Positions 9,517 through 18,146 of a stretch of 64,000 bases of DNA are shown in pieces. The position numbers were made by a program, and so were the translations under genes. The DNA is from Rubripirellula sp. (GTDB lineage: Bacteria > Planctomycetota > Planctomycetia > Pirellulales > Pirellulaceae), in assembly GCA_965216875.1 (NCBI GenBank), contig OZ244207.1, positions 7,328,001-7,392,000 on the forward strand. Direction: 5' to 3'. The notes beneath the pieces were generated by a model. That model saw nothing but the letters and a program-made list of their open reading frames with translations. It made no database searches and was not told the origin of the DNA. Position 1 is the first letter of the stretch. Each line of letters opens with the position of its first letter.

Positions 9517-12384
9517 GTGTCTGACTCTTCAAACAACCCGCAACGCAATCCGATCGAAGCAGTCGCTTCCAACGTTGCCGAATCGATTCGGGGTGGCCGC
9601 AGTGGCGCGGTCGATCCGATCGTTGAGGAGAATCCGGAGATCGAAGCCGAGCTGCGCGACCTGTTGCCGGTGATTCAACGACTGGAAAAGGCTCGCAAGA
9701 CGCAGGCAGAAAGACCTGGCGGGTTGGCAACACTCGGCGCGTCGCGACCGGATCGTTTGGGCGACTTCGAGCTGGTGCGCCAAATCGGTCGCGGCGGGAT
9801 GGGCGTTGTTTATGAGGCTGTGCAGAAGACACTCGGTCGGAAAGTGGCAGTCAAAGTGCTGCCCAAGTCACTGCTGGTCGACGACGAACAACTGAAGCGT
9901 TTCGAGCGTGAAGCCCGAACGGCAGGATCGCTTCACCACACCAACATTGTGCCTGTGTTTGGTGTGGGGGACGATCAAGGCTTTCACTACTACGTGATGC
10001 AGCGGATCTACGGCCAAGGCCTCGATCGTTTGATCGCCGACGGTTCGATGCTCAGCCCAGACCAGGTCGCCGATCTTGGTTTTCAGGCTGCGTCTGCACT
10101 TGCTTATGCACATGATCAAAACGTGCTTCATCGAGACATCAAGCCCGCCAACTTGATCGTCGATGACGAGGGGCAGCTTTGGGTTACCGACTTTGGTGTC
10201 TCCAAAGCGATTGAAGCGGAAGCGGTCACGCGCACCGGTGATGTCGTAGGAACGTTGCGTTACATGGCGCCCGAGCAAATCGTCGGTGTGACCGATGTGC
10301 GAAGCGATATCTATAGCCTCGGCGTGACGCTTTACGAATTACTTGCGGGGCGGCCCGCAATGGACGATGCGTCGGTACGCGAAGCAATCGTGAAACGGCG
10401 TCCCGCGCCGGCACCGACCCCGCTTCGTCAACTGAACCCGGCTGTGCCGCGTGATTTGGAAACGATCCTCAAAACGGCGATGGCGACCGACGCAAAGGAT
10501 CGCTACGCATCAGCCCACGCACTCGCACAGGACCTACAGCACTTTATCGATGGCGATCCGATCTCGGTGCGTCGCATGCCGTTCTGGGAGGTGGCATCGC
10601 GGTGGGCTCGACGCAACCCAGCGGTCGCCGGCCTTTCTGCCCTTTCGGCTCTGTTGCTCGTTTGCGTGACGATCGGTTCGTTGGTCGGATTCCTTTCGGT
10701 TCAACATGCCTACAATCGCGAACATGAATCGCTGCTTGAAGCGAAAGCCAATGCGAAGCTCGCCTCGGGTGCCCTGGACAGTATCTTCCAGCGGTTTTCG
10801 GTTTCCCCCGACGACCTTGGCGATTCATCGTCCGAGTTTTCCGAACCACCTCCGCTTAGCCGTGAAGTGGCCGATCTTCTCGAAGAGCTGATCGGCAACT
10901 ATGACACACTGGTTCAACGAAGCGAATCCGATTCAGAACTGTTGCGTTCGGCTGCCGAAGCGAGGTATGCGATTGGCGAAGTGCACCTGCAGCTTGGCAA
11001 CTATGACGAAGCAATCGCGTCATTCCATCAGGCTCTCTCGGACTACCAACAGCAGTCACTGTGGGCGGATGCCACTTTGGGCGAAGCGAGGATTCGCAAT
11101 CGGATCGGATTGGCTCATCGAATGATCGGAGAACGAAACTTGGCGATCGAGCAGCATGACCTCGCGCTCAAGCTGCTCGATTTTTCGACGACGCCGGGCC
11201 TGTCCGAAAGTCGCGACTACCGGTTTGAACTTGCCAGAACCCATTACCTTCACGCGATGCCGCTGCGACCTGGCATGGGCCCCAACGCATTGCCACCCGT
11301 TGCGGCGCTTGATCTCGCCTCGACGCTCGAGCATCCACGTCCCGGTCGGCCAGATGGACCCGGGCGTCTTGATGGACCCGGGCGACTCGGTGGGCCAGGT
11401 TTTGACGGGCCGCTAGGACGACCACCAGCAACGCGGCTTGGCAATCGCAACCCTCCGCCACCGCGGCTTCGCGCGGGGTTCCGCCACACTCGCCCGACCA
11501 AGTTCGCGTTGACCGACGATGATCGCGAGCATTTGGCGATTGCCATCGAACTCTTACGACAGCTTCATCGGGATCATCCCAATCACATTGGCTACGGAAT
11601 CGCATTGGCATCGTCGCTTCGCGTGCAGTTGAGCGATTCGCGCGGTGACGCAGATGCCGGCGGTTTTGATGTCGACAACGACGCGATCACGCTTTTGCGG
11701 CAACTGTATGATCGCCATCCTCAAGACCCGATCATTCGAAGCGAGTTGGCTGCCGCGCTTTCCGATTTTTCGGTCTTCGAGTCAACGGTTGATTCCGACG
11801 TCATCAACGCGTCCATTGAATCGTTGCGTGAGGCGGTGGTTCACTGCGAATCGCTTTCGTTGGCACACCCGAACGTTCCGACTTACACCAATCGACTCGT
11901 TCACACTCAATTCAAGTTGGCGTCGATGTTGGAACGGGGCGCCGAGCACATCGACGGTCCCAAGGCGCGGGAAGCGTATCAAGAAGCGGGAGTTTCGTTT
12001 GGGCGCGCTGCGCAGCGTTATCGAGAACTTGTAGAGCAATCGCCGGATGCACCGGGATACCGTTGCTGGTATGCCGTTTTCTTGCAACGCCAAGGACAGA
12101 ATGCAATTCGATCAGGATTGTTTGAACAAGCGGCGCGGTGCCTGGAACACTCCATGCGAGAATGGAAAGAGCTGTCCAAAGACAATGCCGAGCATCCGGT
12201 CGCTCGAGCCGCCATGCCGAAGAACTACGCGCTGCTTGCGTTTGTCCATCGCAGACTCGGGCAACACGAGAAGGCTGACGAGATCTTGATGGAGGCAGAA
12301 CTCAATCGGGTCTACCGTGAATTGGATCAGCAAGCTGAGCCGCAACCGGATGACGCGTCAATCGAACCGGCGCCTGAAGACTAG
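9517..12384 (+). CDS. Hanks-type Ser/Thr protein kinase with TM segment and TPR-like C-terminal region
   Basis: IGRGGMGVVY, VAVK, HRDIKPAN, TDFG, GTLRYMAPEQ, SDIYSLG; RRNP-TM helix; helical repeats. Confidence 0.95.
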   Translation: MSDSSNNPQRNPIEAVASNVAESIRGGRSGAVDPIVEENPEIEAELRDLLPVIQRLEKARKTQAERPGGLATLGASRPDRLGDFELVRQIGRGGMGVVYEAVQKTLGRKVAVKVLPKSLLVDDEQLKRFEREARTAGSLHHTNIVPVFGVGDDQGFHYYVMQRIYGQGLDRLIADGSMLSPDQVADLGFQAASALAYAHDQNVLHRDIKPANLIVDDEGQLWVTDFGVSKAIEAEAVTRTGDVVGTLRYMAPEQIVGVTDVRSDIYSLGVTLYELLAGRPAMDDASVREAIVKRRPAPAPTPLRQLNPAVPRDLETILKTAMATDAKDRYASAHALAQDLQHFIDGDPISVRRMPFWEVASRWARRNPAVAGLSALSALLLVCVTIGSLVGFLSVQHAYNREHESLLEAKANAKLASGALDSIFQRFSVSPDDLGDSSSEFSEPPPLSREVADLLEELIGNYDTLVQRSESDSELLRSAAEARYAIGEVHLQLGNYDEAIASFHQALSDYQQQSLWADATLGEARIRNRIGLAHRMIGERNLAIEQHDLALKLLDFSTTPGLSESRDYRFELARTHYLHAMPLRPGMGPNALPPVAALDLASTLEHPRPGRPDGPGRLDGPGRLGGPGFDGPLGRPPATRLGNRNPPPPRLRAGFRHTRPTKFALTDDDREHLAIAIELLRQLHRDHPNHIGYGIALASSLRVQLSDSRGDADAGGFDVDNDAITLLRQLYDRHPQDPIIRSELAAALSDFSVFESTVDSDVINASIESLREAVVHCESLSLAHPNVPTYTNRLVHTQFKLASMLERGAEHIDGPKAREAYQEAGVSFGRAAQRYRELVEQSPDAPGYRCWYAVFLQRQGQNAIRSGLFEQAARCLEHSMREWKELSKDNAEHPVARAAMPKNYALLAFVHRRLGQHEKADEILMEAELNRVYRELDQQAEPQPDDASIEPAPED
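11342..11410 (+). repeat. Imperfect 18-bp coding tandem repeat (PGRPDG/PGRLDG/PGRLGG) in the kinase
   Basis: gatggacccgggcg repeated at 18-nt period. Confidence 0.7.
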
Positions 12385-13661
12385 GCGGCTTTTGAAGCCG
12401 GAATGGAGCTGAGGATCCGCAGTTTCGGTTCTTCGCGAAGGTCGACGATTGCTGGCGGTCGATCCATGTGGTCTTGATGCCACATTTCAATGGTCGGGCG
12501 AACAAAATCGCCACCACCGGATCGGATAACACGGCCAACACACTCGTTGTTGATCTTGACCATGCTGCCAAGTGGAAACAGCGACGTCGCGTGCAACAGC
12601 GATCGAATGACCCGAGAGTCAAACTTTCCCGCCGTCATGTCCTCGAGCATTTGGGCCATCGCATAGTAGCCTTGAATGCCCAAACGATGCGGGCGTCGAG
12701 AGACCATGCCCACGAACGCATCAGCGGCACCCGCGATTTTGGCAAGCATGTGAATTTGGCAGCTCGCACGCCCACGCGGGTAGCCACTGCCATCGCAGCG
12801 TTCGTGAATCTGATACGCAACCATGCGAGAGAGTGTCGAGATGGTGTCGCCGTAACGTCCTGCGATCTCGATGGCCAAAACAGGATGATCCGCGAGGGTA
12901 CGCAACTGGGCGGGCGACAGTGTTTGTTTGCACTCGAACATGCTGAGCCCAACGGCCCGCATGCCAACATCGTGAACCAAGCACCCGACGCCAAGATCGA
13001 TCAGATGAGCGCGGTCAAGGTTCATCTCGAGTCCAATTGCCATGGCGACGCTGGCAAGATGGAGACCGTGCCGTGACGGATACTCGGATTCGTAAGGGTT
13101 GCAGGCCATGCAGACGAGCGCATCTTGATCCTGCATCAGACGCTTGAGAATCTCGGTGCATGCGGTGTGCAAGGGACCAACACTGTCGGCACGCCCTTCC
13201 ATTGCCTCTTCATAGAATTGATCAATCGATTCGATCTGTTCGTCCGCCGAGTGCGACCACTCCGCTTGCAGGCCTTCGATGTACGGTCCGCTGAGTGGAC
13301 GATTGACGCGTTGGGCGAGAGGTTTGTCGGGAACACCGAGTGTCAGGTCGGCGCCATCATCGATGTCGCGATCGATCTGATCGCTGAACTCGTTGAATCG
13401 CTCTGATTTAACGTAGTGGTGTGAGCGAGGAACTTTCTTGCGGCGTCCCTGTGGTTTGAACGAATTGACAATGGCCAAGTCACGTTGGCTCATCACCACC
13501 GTTTCGACGCCGTGTGAGGTCAAGCGATCAATCATGCCCTGGGTGATTCGTGTTCCTTCCGCAAGCAATCGAATGCGCGGATTGTGGGGGTCGGTGATCG
13601 GAGCCCGCAATACAACGCCAGGCGACAATGCGCTGAGCGGGACTTGTTTACATTTCGCCAT
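12381..13661 (-). CDS. HD-GYP domain protein (paralog 1)
   Basis: LVHDVG, DHP, HERCDGSGYP, ADAF..RPHR, GKFD, FPLGS.V. Confidence 0.9.
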   Translation of the reverse strand: MAKCKQVPLSALSPGVVLRAPITDPHNPRIRLLAEGTRITQGMIDRLTSHGVETVVMSQRDLAIVNSFKPQGRRKKVPRSHHYVKSERFNEFSDQIDRDIDDGADLTLGVPDKPLAQRVNRPLSGPYIEGLQAEWSHSADEQIESIDQFYEEAMEGRADSVGPLHTACTEILKRLMQDQDALVCMACNPYESEYPSRHGLHLASVAMAIGLEMNLDRAHLIDLGVGCLVHDVGMRAVGLSMFECKQTLSPAQLRTLADHPVLAIEIAGRYGDTISTLSRMVAYQIHERCDGSGYPRGRASCQIHMLAKIAGAADAFVGMVSRRPHRLGIQGYYAMAQMLEDMTAGKFDSRVIRSLLHATSLFPLGSMVKINNECVGRVIRSGGGDFVRPTIEMWHQDHMDRPPAIVDLREEPKLRILSSIPASKAA

Positions 13662-13951
13662 GGAATTCCGATCCGTTGGTCTCGCCCCCCTCCCCTTATC
13701 CTTCGCCTGCCCAAGATTCGTTTCGTCGCGAAAAAGGGCGGACTTGAGCGTTCACATGGGAAAACAATCCCAGCCAGCGGAGTCTTTTTCCTGGTCGTCA
13801 AAGTTTGCCAGAATCGGTCAAACGCGTGAAACAAAGTGGGTTTGCCAACATGGGGGGAGCAATCGTCGATTTGCCTACTCGACAACCGACTTTGAGGGTG
13901 TCACGATGGGGCCAAATGAACGCCCACGATAGGAAATCAGCTCTGAAGATC

Positions 13952-14161
13952 ATGCGTTTGCTTGCCCCACTTTTTGCCGTCCTGATGCTTGCCCATGTCG
14001 CTTCTGCGCACCCCGGGCACGGTAACGGCGAAACAGGCGTCCTCCACTATGTCAGTCAGCCAGTCCATTGGATGCCGATTGTTGCCTTGGCCGCCTTTTT
14101 GACTTTGGTTTTGTTGTTGTCGCTGGCGTGGCGACGTAATGGCAAAGTCGCCGAAAACTAA
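13952..14161 (+). CDS. Small exported/membrane His-containing protein (69 aa), HupE/UreJ N-terminus-like
   Basis: Signal peptide ending VASA-HPGHG, then GVLHYVSQPVHW and a TM helix followed by RRNGK. Confidence 0.55.
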   Translation: MRLLAPLFAVLMLAHVASAHPGHGNGETGVLHYVSQPVHWMPIVALAAFLTLVLLLSLAWRRNGKVAEN

Positions 14162-15438
14162 GCGGCATCGAAACTTGGAATCGAGCGTGTGATCTTGATC
14201 GCAGATTCTTCTTTCAAGTTGATAATCTCGGGCGTCGAATCGGTTGCGTCCGCTGGCCACATCGCGATCGTCGGTTTGTCGTAGTCGGCACCGCCGCTGC
14301 GGATCACGCGACCTACTTGGTTGTTCGATAGATCCACGCAACTGCCGATCGGATACAGCGATGTGACGTGAAGCAACGCTCGCATCACTGTCGGGTCGAA
14401 CTTTCCTGCTTTCGTTTCGTCGAGCAATTGACGAATCGCGTAGTACCCCATGATGCCGAGACGATGTGGGCGTGCGGCCACCATGGCGATGAACGCATCG
14501 GCAATTCCAGCGATGCGGGCGAGCGGATGAACTTGGTCGGATGACCGGCCTCGGGGATAACCGCTTCCATCGAGCCGTTCGTGGATTTGGTAGGCCACAA
14601 ACTTGGATGCGTCCGAGAGTTCACCGTCAAGGTTGCCGGTCAATTCCATCGCATAGACAGGATGGTCCGCCAAAACCACCAGGTCCGCTTTCGCAGCGAT
14701 TTCCTTTCGCTGGAATTGATTCACACCGATCTTCTGCATTCCGAGATCGTGCACCAAACAACCGATGCCGAGGTCGATCAAGCTCGGTTCGTCCAGTCCC
14801 ATTTCGACACCAATCGCCATCGCCATGCTCGCAACATGAACAGAGTGTCTTGTCGGGTAATCGGACTCGTAGGGGGCGCCCGCCAAACAGACAAGTGCGT
14901 CAACGTCTTCACGCAACCGACTGATGATCTGTTTGCACAGTTCTTGAAAGAGACTCAACGAGGCACCGTTTCCGTGAACTGTTTCTTCGTAGGCCAGCTC
15001 AAGGTCTTCGATTTCCTTGTCGCTGTCGGAAGCCCATTGGTGCGTCAGCCCCTCTTCGTAGCCACAATCGAGCGGTCGCTCGAGCTGGTCCGCCACCGAC
15101 GTTTGCGGTTCGGTCACTTCAAGACCGCCCTCGCGATGAACGAGTTCGTCAATTGCTTTGGTGTGGTCGTTGACGGCAAGTGATTGGACGTAGAGATGAG
15201 GCGGTGGGACCTTGGTTCGCCGTCCTTGCGGCTTGAAGGCATTGAGCATCGCCAAGTCTCGTTGACTCACGACGACTTCCGTGATGCCCCGCCTGGCCAG
15301 CTGCTCCAAAAAGGTCCGCGAGATCGTTACGCCTTCGGTAAGCAGGCGAACATTTGGGTTGTGAGGATCCGCGATCGGTGAGCGCAGCGTCGCGCCCACC
15401 GGCAGTTTGCACACATCGATTTTTTTGCGAATCGCCAA
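14158..15438 (-). CDS. HD-GYP domain protein (paralog 2), TTG start
   Basis: LVHDLG, DHP, HERLDGSGYP, ADAF..RPHR; same 426-aa length and colinear with paralog 1. Confidence 0.9.
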   Translation of the reverse strand: MAIRKKIDVCKLPVGATLRSPIADPHNPNVRLLTEGVTISRTFLEQLARRGITEVVVSQRDLAMLNAFKPQGRRTKVPPPHLYVQSLAVNDHTKAIDELVHREGGLEVTEPQTSVADQLERPLDCGYEEGLTHQWASDSDKEIEDLELAYEETVHGNGASLSLFQELCKQIISRLREDVDALVCLAGAPYESDYPTRHSVHVASMAMAIGVEMGLDEPSLIDLGIGCLVHDLGMQKIGVNQFQRKEIAAKADLVVLADHPVYAMELTGNLDGELSDASKFVAYQIHERLDGSGYPRGRSSDQVHPLARIAGIADAFIAMVAARPHRLGIMGYYAIRQLLDETKAGKFDPTVMRALLHVTSLYPIGSCVDLSNNQVGRVIRSGGADYDKPTIAMWPADATDSTPEIINLKEESAIKITRSIPSFDAA

Positions 15439-15623
15439 GATGTTGCCCCCATCCCCAATGCGAATCGCCCCTGATTCGCATGGCCGCCATCAGATAGCGC
15501 GCCACTTCTTTCCATCGGCTTTGAAGGCTCGCCATTTCACCTTTCTCGCCGTGCAAACTCGGAAACGGGGTTCGTGTCCCCCTATGTCGGCGTATGACGA
15601 CACGACTTTGGTGGGTGACTTTT

Positions 15624-17402
15624 TCACCTCGGCACGTCCAACGTGAATGCCGCTCCCCCGCCTTGAGCGGGCTGATAGGTGAGACGGCCGCCGTGTGCGG
15701 CGGCGGTTTGGCGGGCCAATGCGAGACCGAGGCCGACGCCGGCCGCGGTCTCCGCCGCCCGCTGGGCCGATTTGGAGAATGGTTTGAAGATGTCCGTCTG
15801 CAGCGTTTTCTCGACCCCTGGCCCATGATCGGTGACCACCATTTTCACGCGAGACTCATCAATGCTGACATCAAGATGCACACGCTTGTCGCTTGTATCG
15901 CTCGCGTATTTTGCTGCGTTGTCGATCAGGTTAAAGACCACTTGCTCCATCGCTGCGGGGTCCGTTTGCCAAGGTCCATCCCCTGTTTGATCGACGACCA
16001 AGTCCATCTCCACCGCGGACAAGCGGCTCGTCAGTCTTGGCACGATGCGCTCGATCCATTGGCTGACAACGACCGTCTCCAGTTCGGGTCGTTTGGATTG
16101 TCGTTCCAGTTTTGAATAACGCAAAACGTTATCCACCAGATGTGTCAGTCGGTCCGCTTCGCGCCGCAAGGTTTGCAAGTACTCGTTGCGGTCCTTTTCG
16201 TCGCTCACCATGCCTCGGGCAAGTAGATCGCTGTATAGACGGAACGTGGTTAGCGGTGTTCGTAATTCATGAGTCACTGCCGAAACGAATGACGCGCGAC
16301 GTTCACTCAACGCAATGATTCGACTAAGCGCTAGACCAGCAACGATGGTTGCGGCAATCAACGCCAGCCAAGACAACACGAGCGAGTTGTGCGTTGCCGA
16401 CCACGTTGCGACCTCCGGTGAGAGTTCGGCAGGCTCGATCATGACCGGAAGCGCCGCCAAGATTCGCGACGGGTCAACTTCCTGGTCGGGTTGGACAGCG
16501 ACCAAATCGGCACCGGGCGCGAGGTCATCGATATCGGCAAGTAACGATGCTTCCAGTTTTGGCCAATCAATCCAAACGCCCTCAAGGGTTTTTGCCGAAC
16601 CTCTCATGCCGTCACGAACCACTACCAATTCGTCGTCGATCCAAACCGGAATCAAACGCGTTGGCATGGAGTCGACGATTGCGGCGACTTGCGGTAGCCC
16701 GATCATTTCTTGTTGCTGCATCTGCATCGAATTCGATGCAACCTGTCGCTGAACCGAAAAACTTCGGTTGTCGAGTTCGCGTTGGCTGATGCCATCAACT
16801 TCTTGCTTGAAATTTGCATAACCTGGAACGAGCTGTTGGCCCAAGTTCGAATCGTAGACCGAAGGGACCGCTACTTGTTGGGCCGGTTGATCGGCAAACA
16901 GGCTCGTCTGTTGGTTGGATCGTTCGACAGAAGCTAAGAGCGCATCGACCGGGACGGCTTGGCGAAGCTCCGCATGAGGGTCGATGTTTTGATTGGCTGA
17001 ATTGAGAACGCGTCCGCCCCGAATCACGTCGAACGAATAATAGGCCCGAGCCGTGCTCGCCTTGCCCTGTGCTTGGACAATCGAAAAATGATCGCGAACG
17101 AAATCTGGCTCGAATCCGGCTGCCGGTTGAAAACGTTCTTGCACTCCCGATTGCGCCCGCGGAAGGTCGTGAATCGTTGCGACGTAGGGCGCCAATCTTG
17201 AATCGAGCCTCCACAAGGCCACTCTCAGATTGGTTTGGACGGTTTCTCGCTGCTTGCTCTCTTGATCACGCCGACTCAGCCTCAACGCATGTTTTGACAG
17301 AACCGCTAGTCCACCGACCGCGATACTGACCACCAATGCAAAGCAGAGCCAAAGGGTGGTGGGGCGTTTAAGCCACTGCGACAGGGTAAACGTGAGGTTC
17401 AT
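15624..17402 (-). CDS. Sensor histidine kinase
   Basis: Two TM helices around a periplasmic region; H-box VTHELRTPL; N-box NLIDNAAKY; DHGPG; GVGLGL. Confidence 0.95.
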   Translation of the reverse strand: MNLTFTLSQWLKRPTTLWLCFALVVSIAVGGLAVLSKHALRLSRRDQESKQRETVQTNLRVALWRLDSRLAPYVATIHDLPRAQSGVQERFQPAAGFEPDFVRDHFSIVQAQGKASTARAYYSFDVIRGGRVLNSANQNIDPHAELRQAVPVDALLASVERSNQQTSLFADQPAQQVAVPSVYDSNLGQQLVPGYANFKQEVDGISQRELDNRSFSVQRQVASNSMQMQQQEMIGLPQVAAIVDSMPTRLIPVWIDDELVVVRDGMRGSAKTLEGVWIDWPKLEASLLADIDDLAPGADLVAVQPDQEVDPSRILAALPVMIEPAELSPEVATWSATHNSLVLSWLALIAATIVAGLALSRIIALSERRASFVSAVTHELRTPLTTFRLYSDLLARGMVSDEKDRNEYLQTLRREADRLTHLVDNVLRYSKLERQSKRPELETVVVSQWIERIVPRLTSRLSAVEMDLVVDQTGDGPWQTDPAAMEQVVFNLIDNAAKYASDTSDKRVHLDVSIDESRVKMVVTDHGPGVEKTLQTDIFKPFSKSAQRAAETAAGVGLGLALARQTAAAHGGRLTYQPAQGGGAAFTLDVPR

Positions 17403-18145
17403 GGAAGCGTGGTTTCTTCGCTGCTCGAGACAGGGTCACCGCAATAGGCTTGATCCATCATGTAGCCTCGACCGCGAACCGTTTTGATCACATCGCTTTC
17501 GCCGCAAACAGCATGTAGCTTCTCTCGCAATCGGGCGACGTGCATGTCAACGGTTCGCGTTGTGACTCCTTTGGCGTCTATTTGCCAAACACCACGAAGC
17601 AGTTCGTCTCGATCGATCGGTCGATCAGGATGTTTGGCCAGGTAGTCAAGCAGCGCGAGTTCTCGTTCGGATAGCGATGCAACCGTTTGGTCATTCACAA
17701 GCAGCTCGCGTGTTTTCCAGTCGAGCCGACCCTCGGGGAACGTAAGCGTTGGTCGCGGTGTTTCGCGTGCAGGCGACCGTCGAAGCACGGCTTCCACGCG
17801 GGCGAGCAATTCATCAACGCTGAAAGGCTTCACGACGTAGTCGTCTGCTCCCAAACGCAATCCACGCACCCGGTCACCTTCCTCGCCGCGAGCCGTCAAG
17901 ATGATGACCGGTAGCGTCGGCTTGGTTTGGCGAATCCGCGCGAGCACATCCAACCCGTCACCGCCTGGTAAGACGAGGTCAAGCAACACAAGGTCGCACG
18001 GACGCTGGATTGCCAGCTCGCCACCTTCGTCAGCGCGTTCGGCTTGCCAGACGACGTAGCCGCTTGCCTTGAGTGAATCAACGATCCCGCGACGGATCGC
18101 GGGATCGTCTTCGATCGTCAGTATTCCACGTGGACTCTCTGTCAC
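17399..18145 (-). CDS. OmpR/PhoB-family response regulator
   Basis: GTG start right after upstream stop; ILTIEDD, LLDLVLPGGDG, ILTA, GADDYVVKPF, TRTVDMHVARLREKL, TVRGRGY; 4-nt overlap with kinase. Confidence 0.95.
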   Translation of the reverse strand: MTESPRGILTIEDDPAIRRGIVDSLKASGYVVWQAERADEGGELAIQRPCDLVLLDLVLPGGDGLDVLARIRQTKPTLPVIILTARGEEGDRVRGLRLGADDYVVKPFSVDELLARVEAVLRRSPARETPRPTLTFPEGRLDWKTRELLVNDQTVASLSERELALLDYLAKHPDRPIDRDELLRGVWQIDAKGVTTRTVDMHVARLREKLHAVCGESDVIKTVRGRGYMMDQAYCGDPVSSSEETTLP

Positions 18146-18146
18146 G

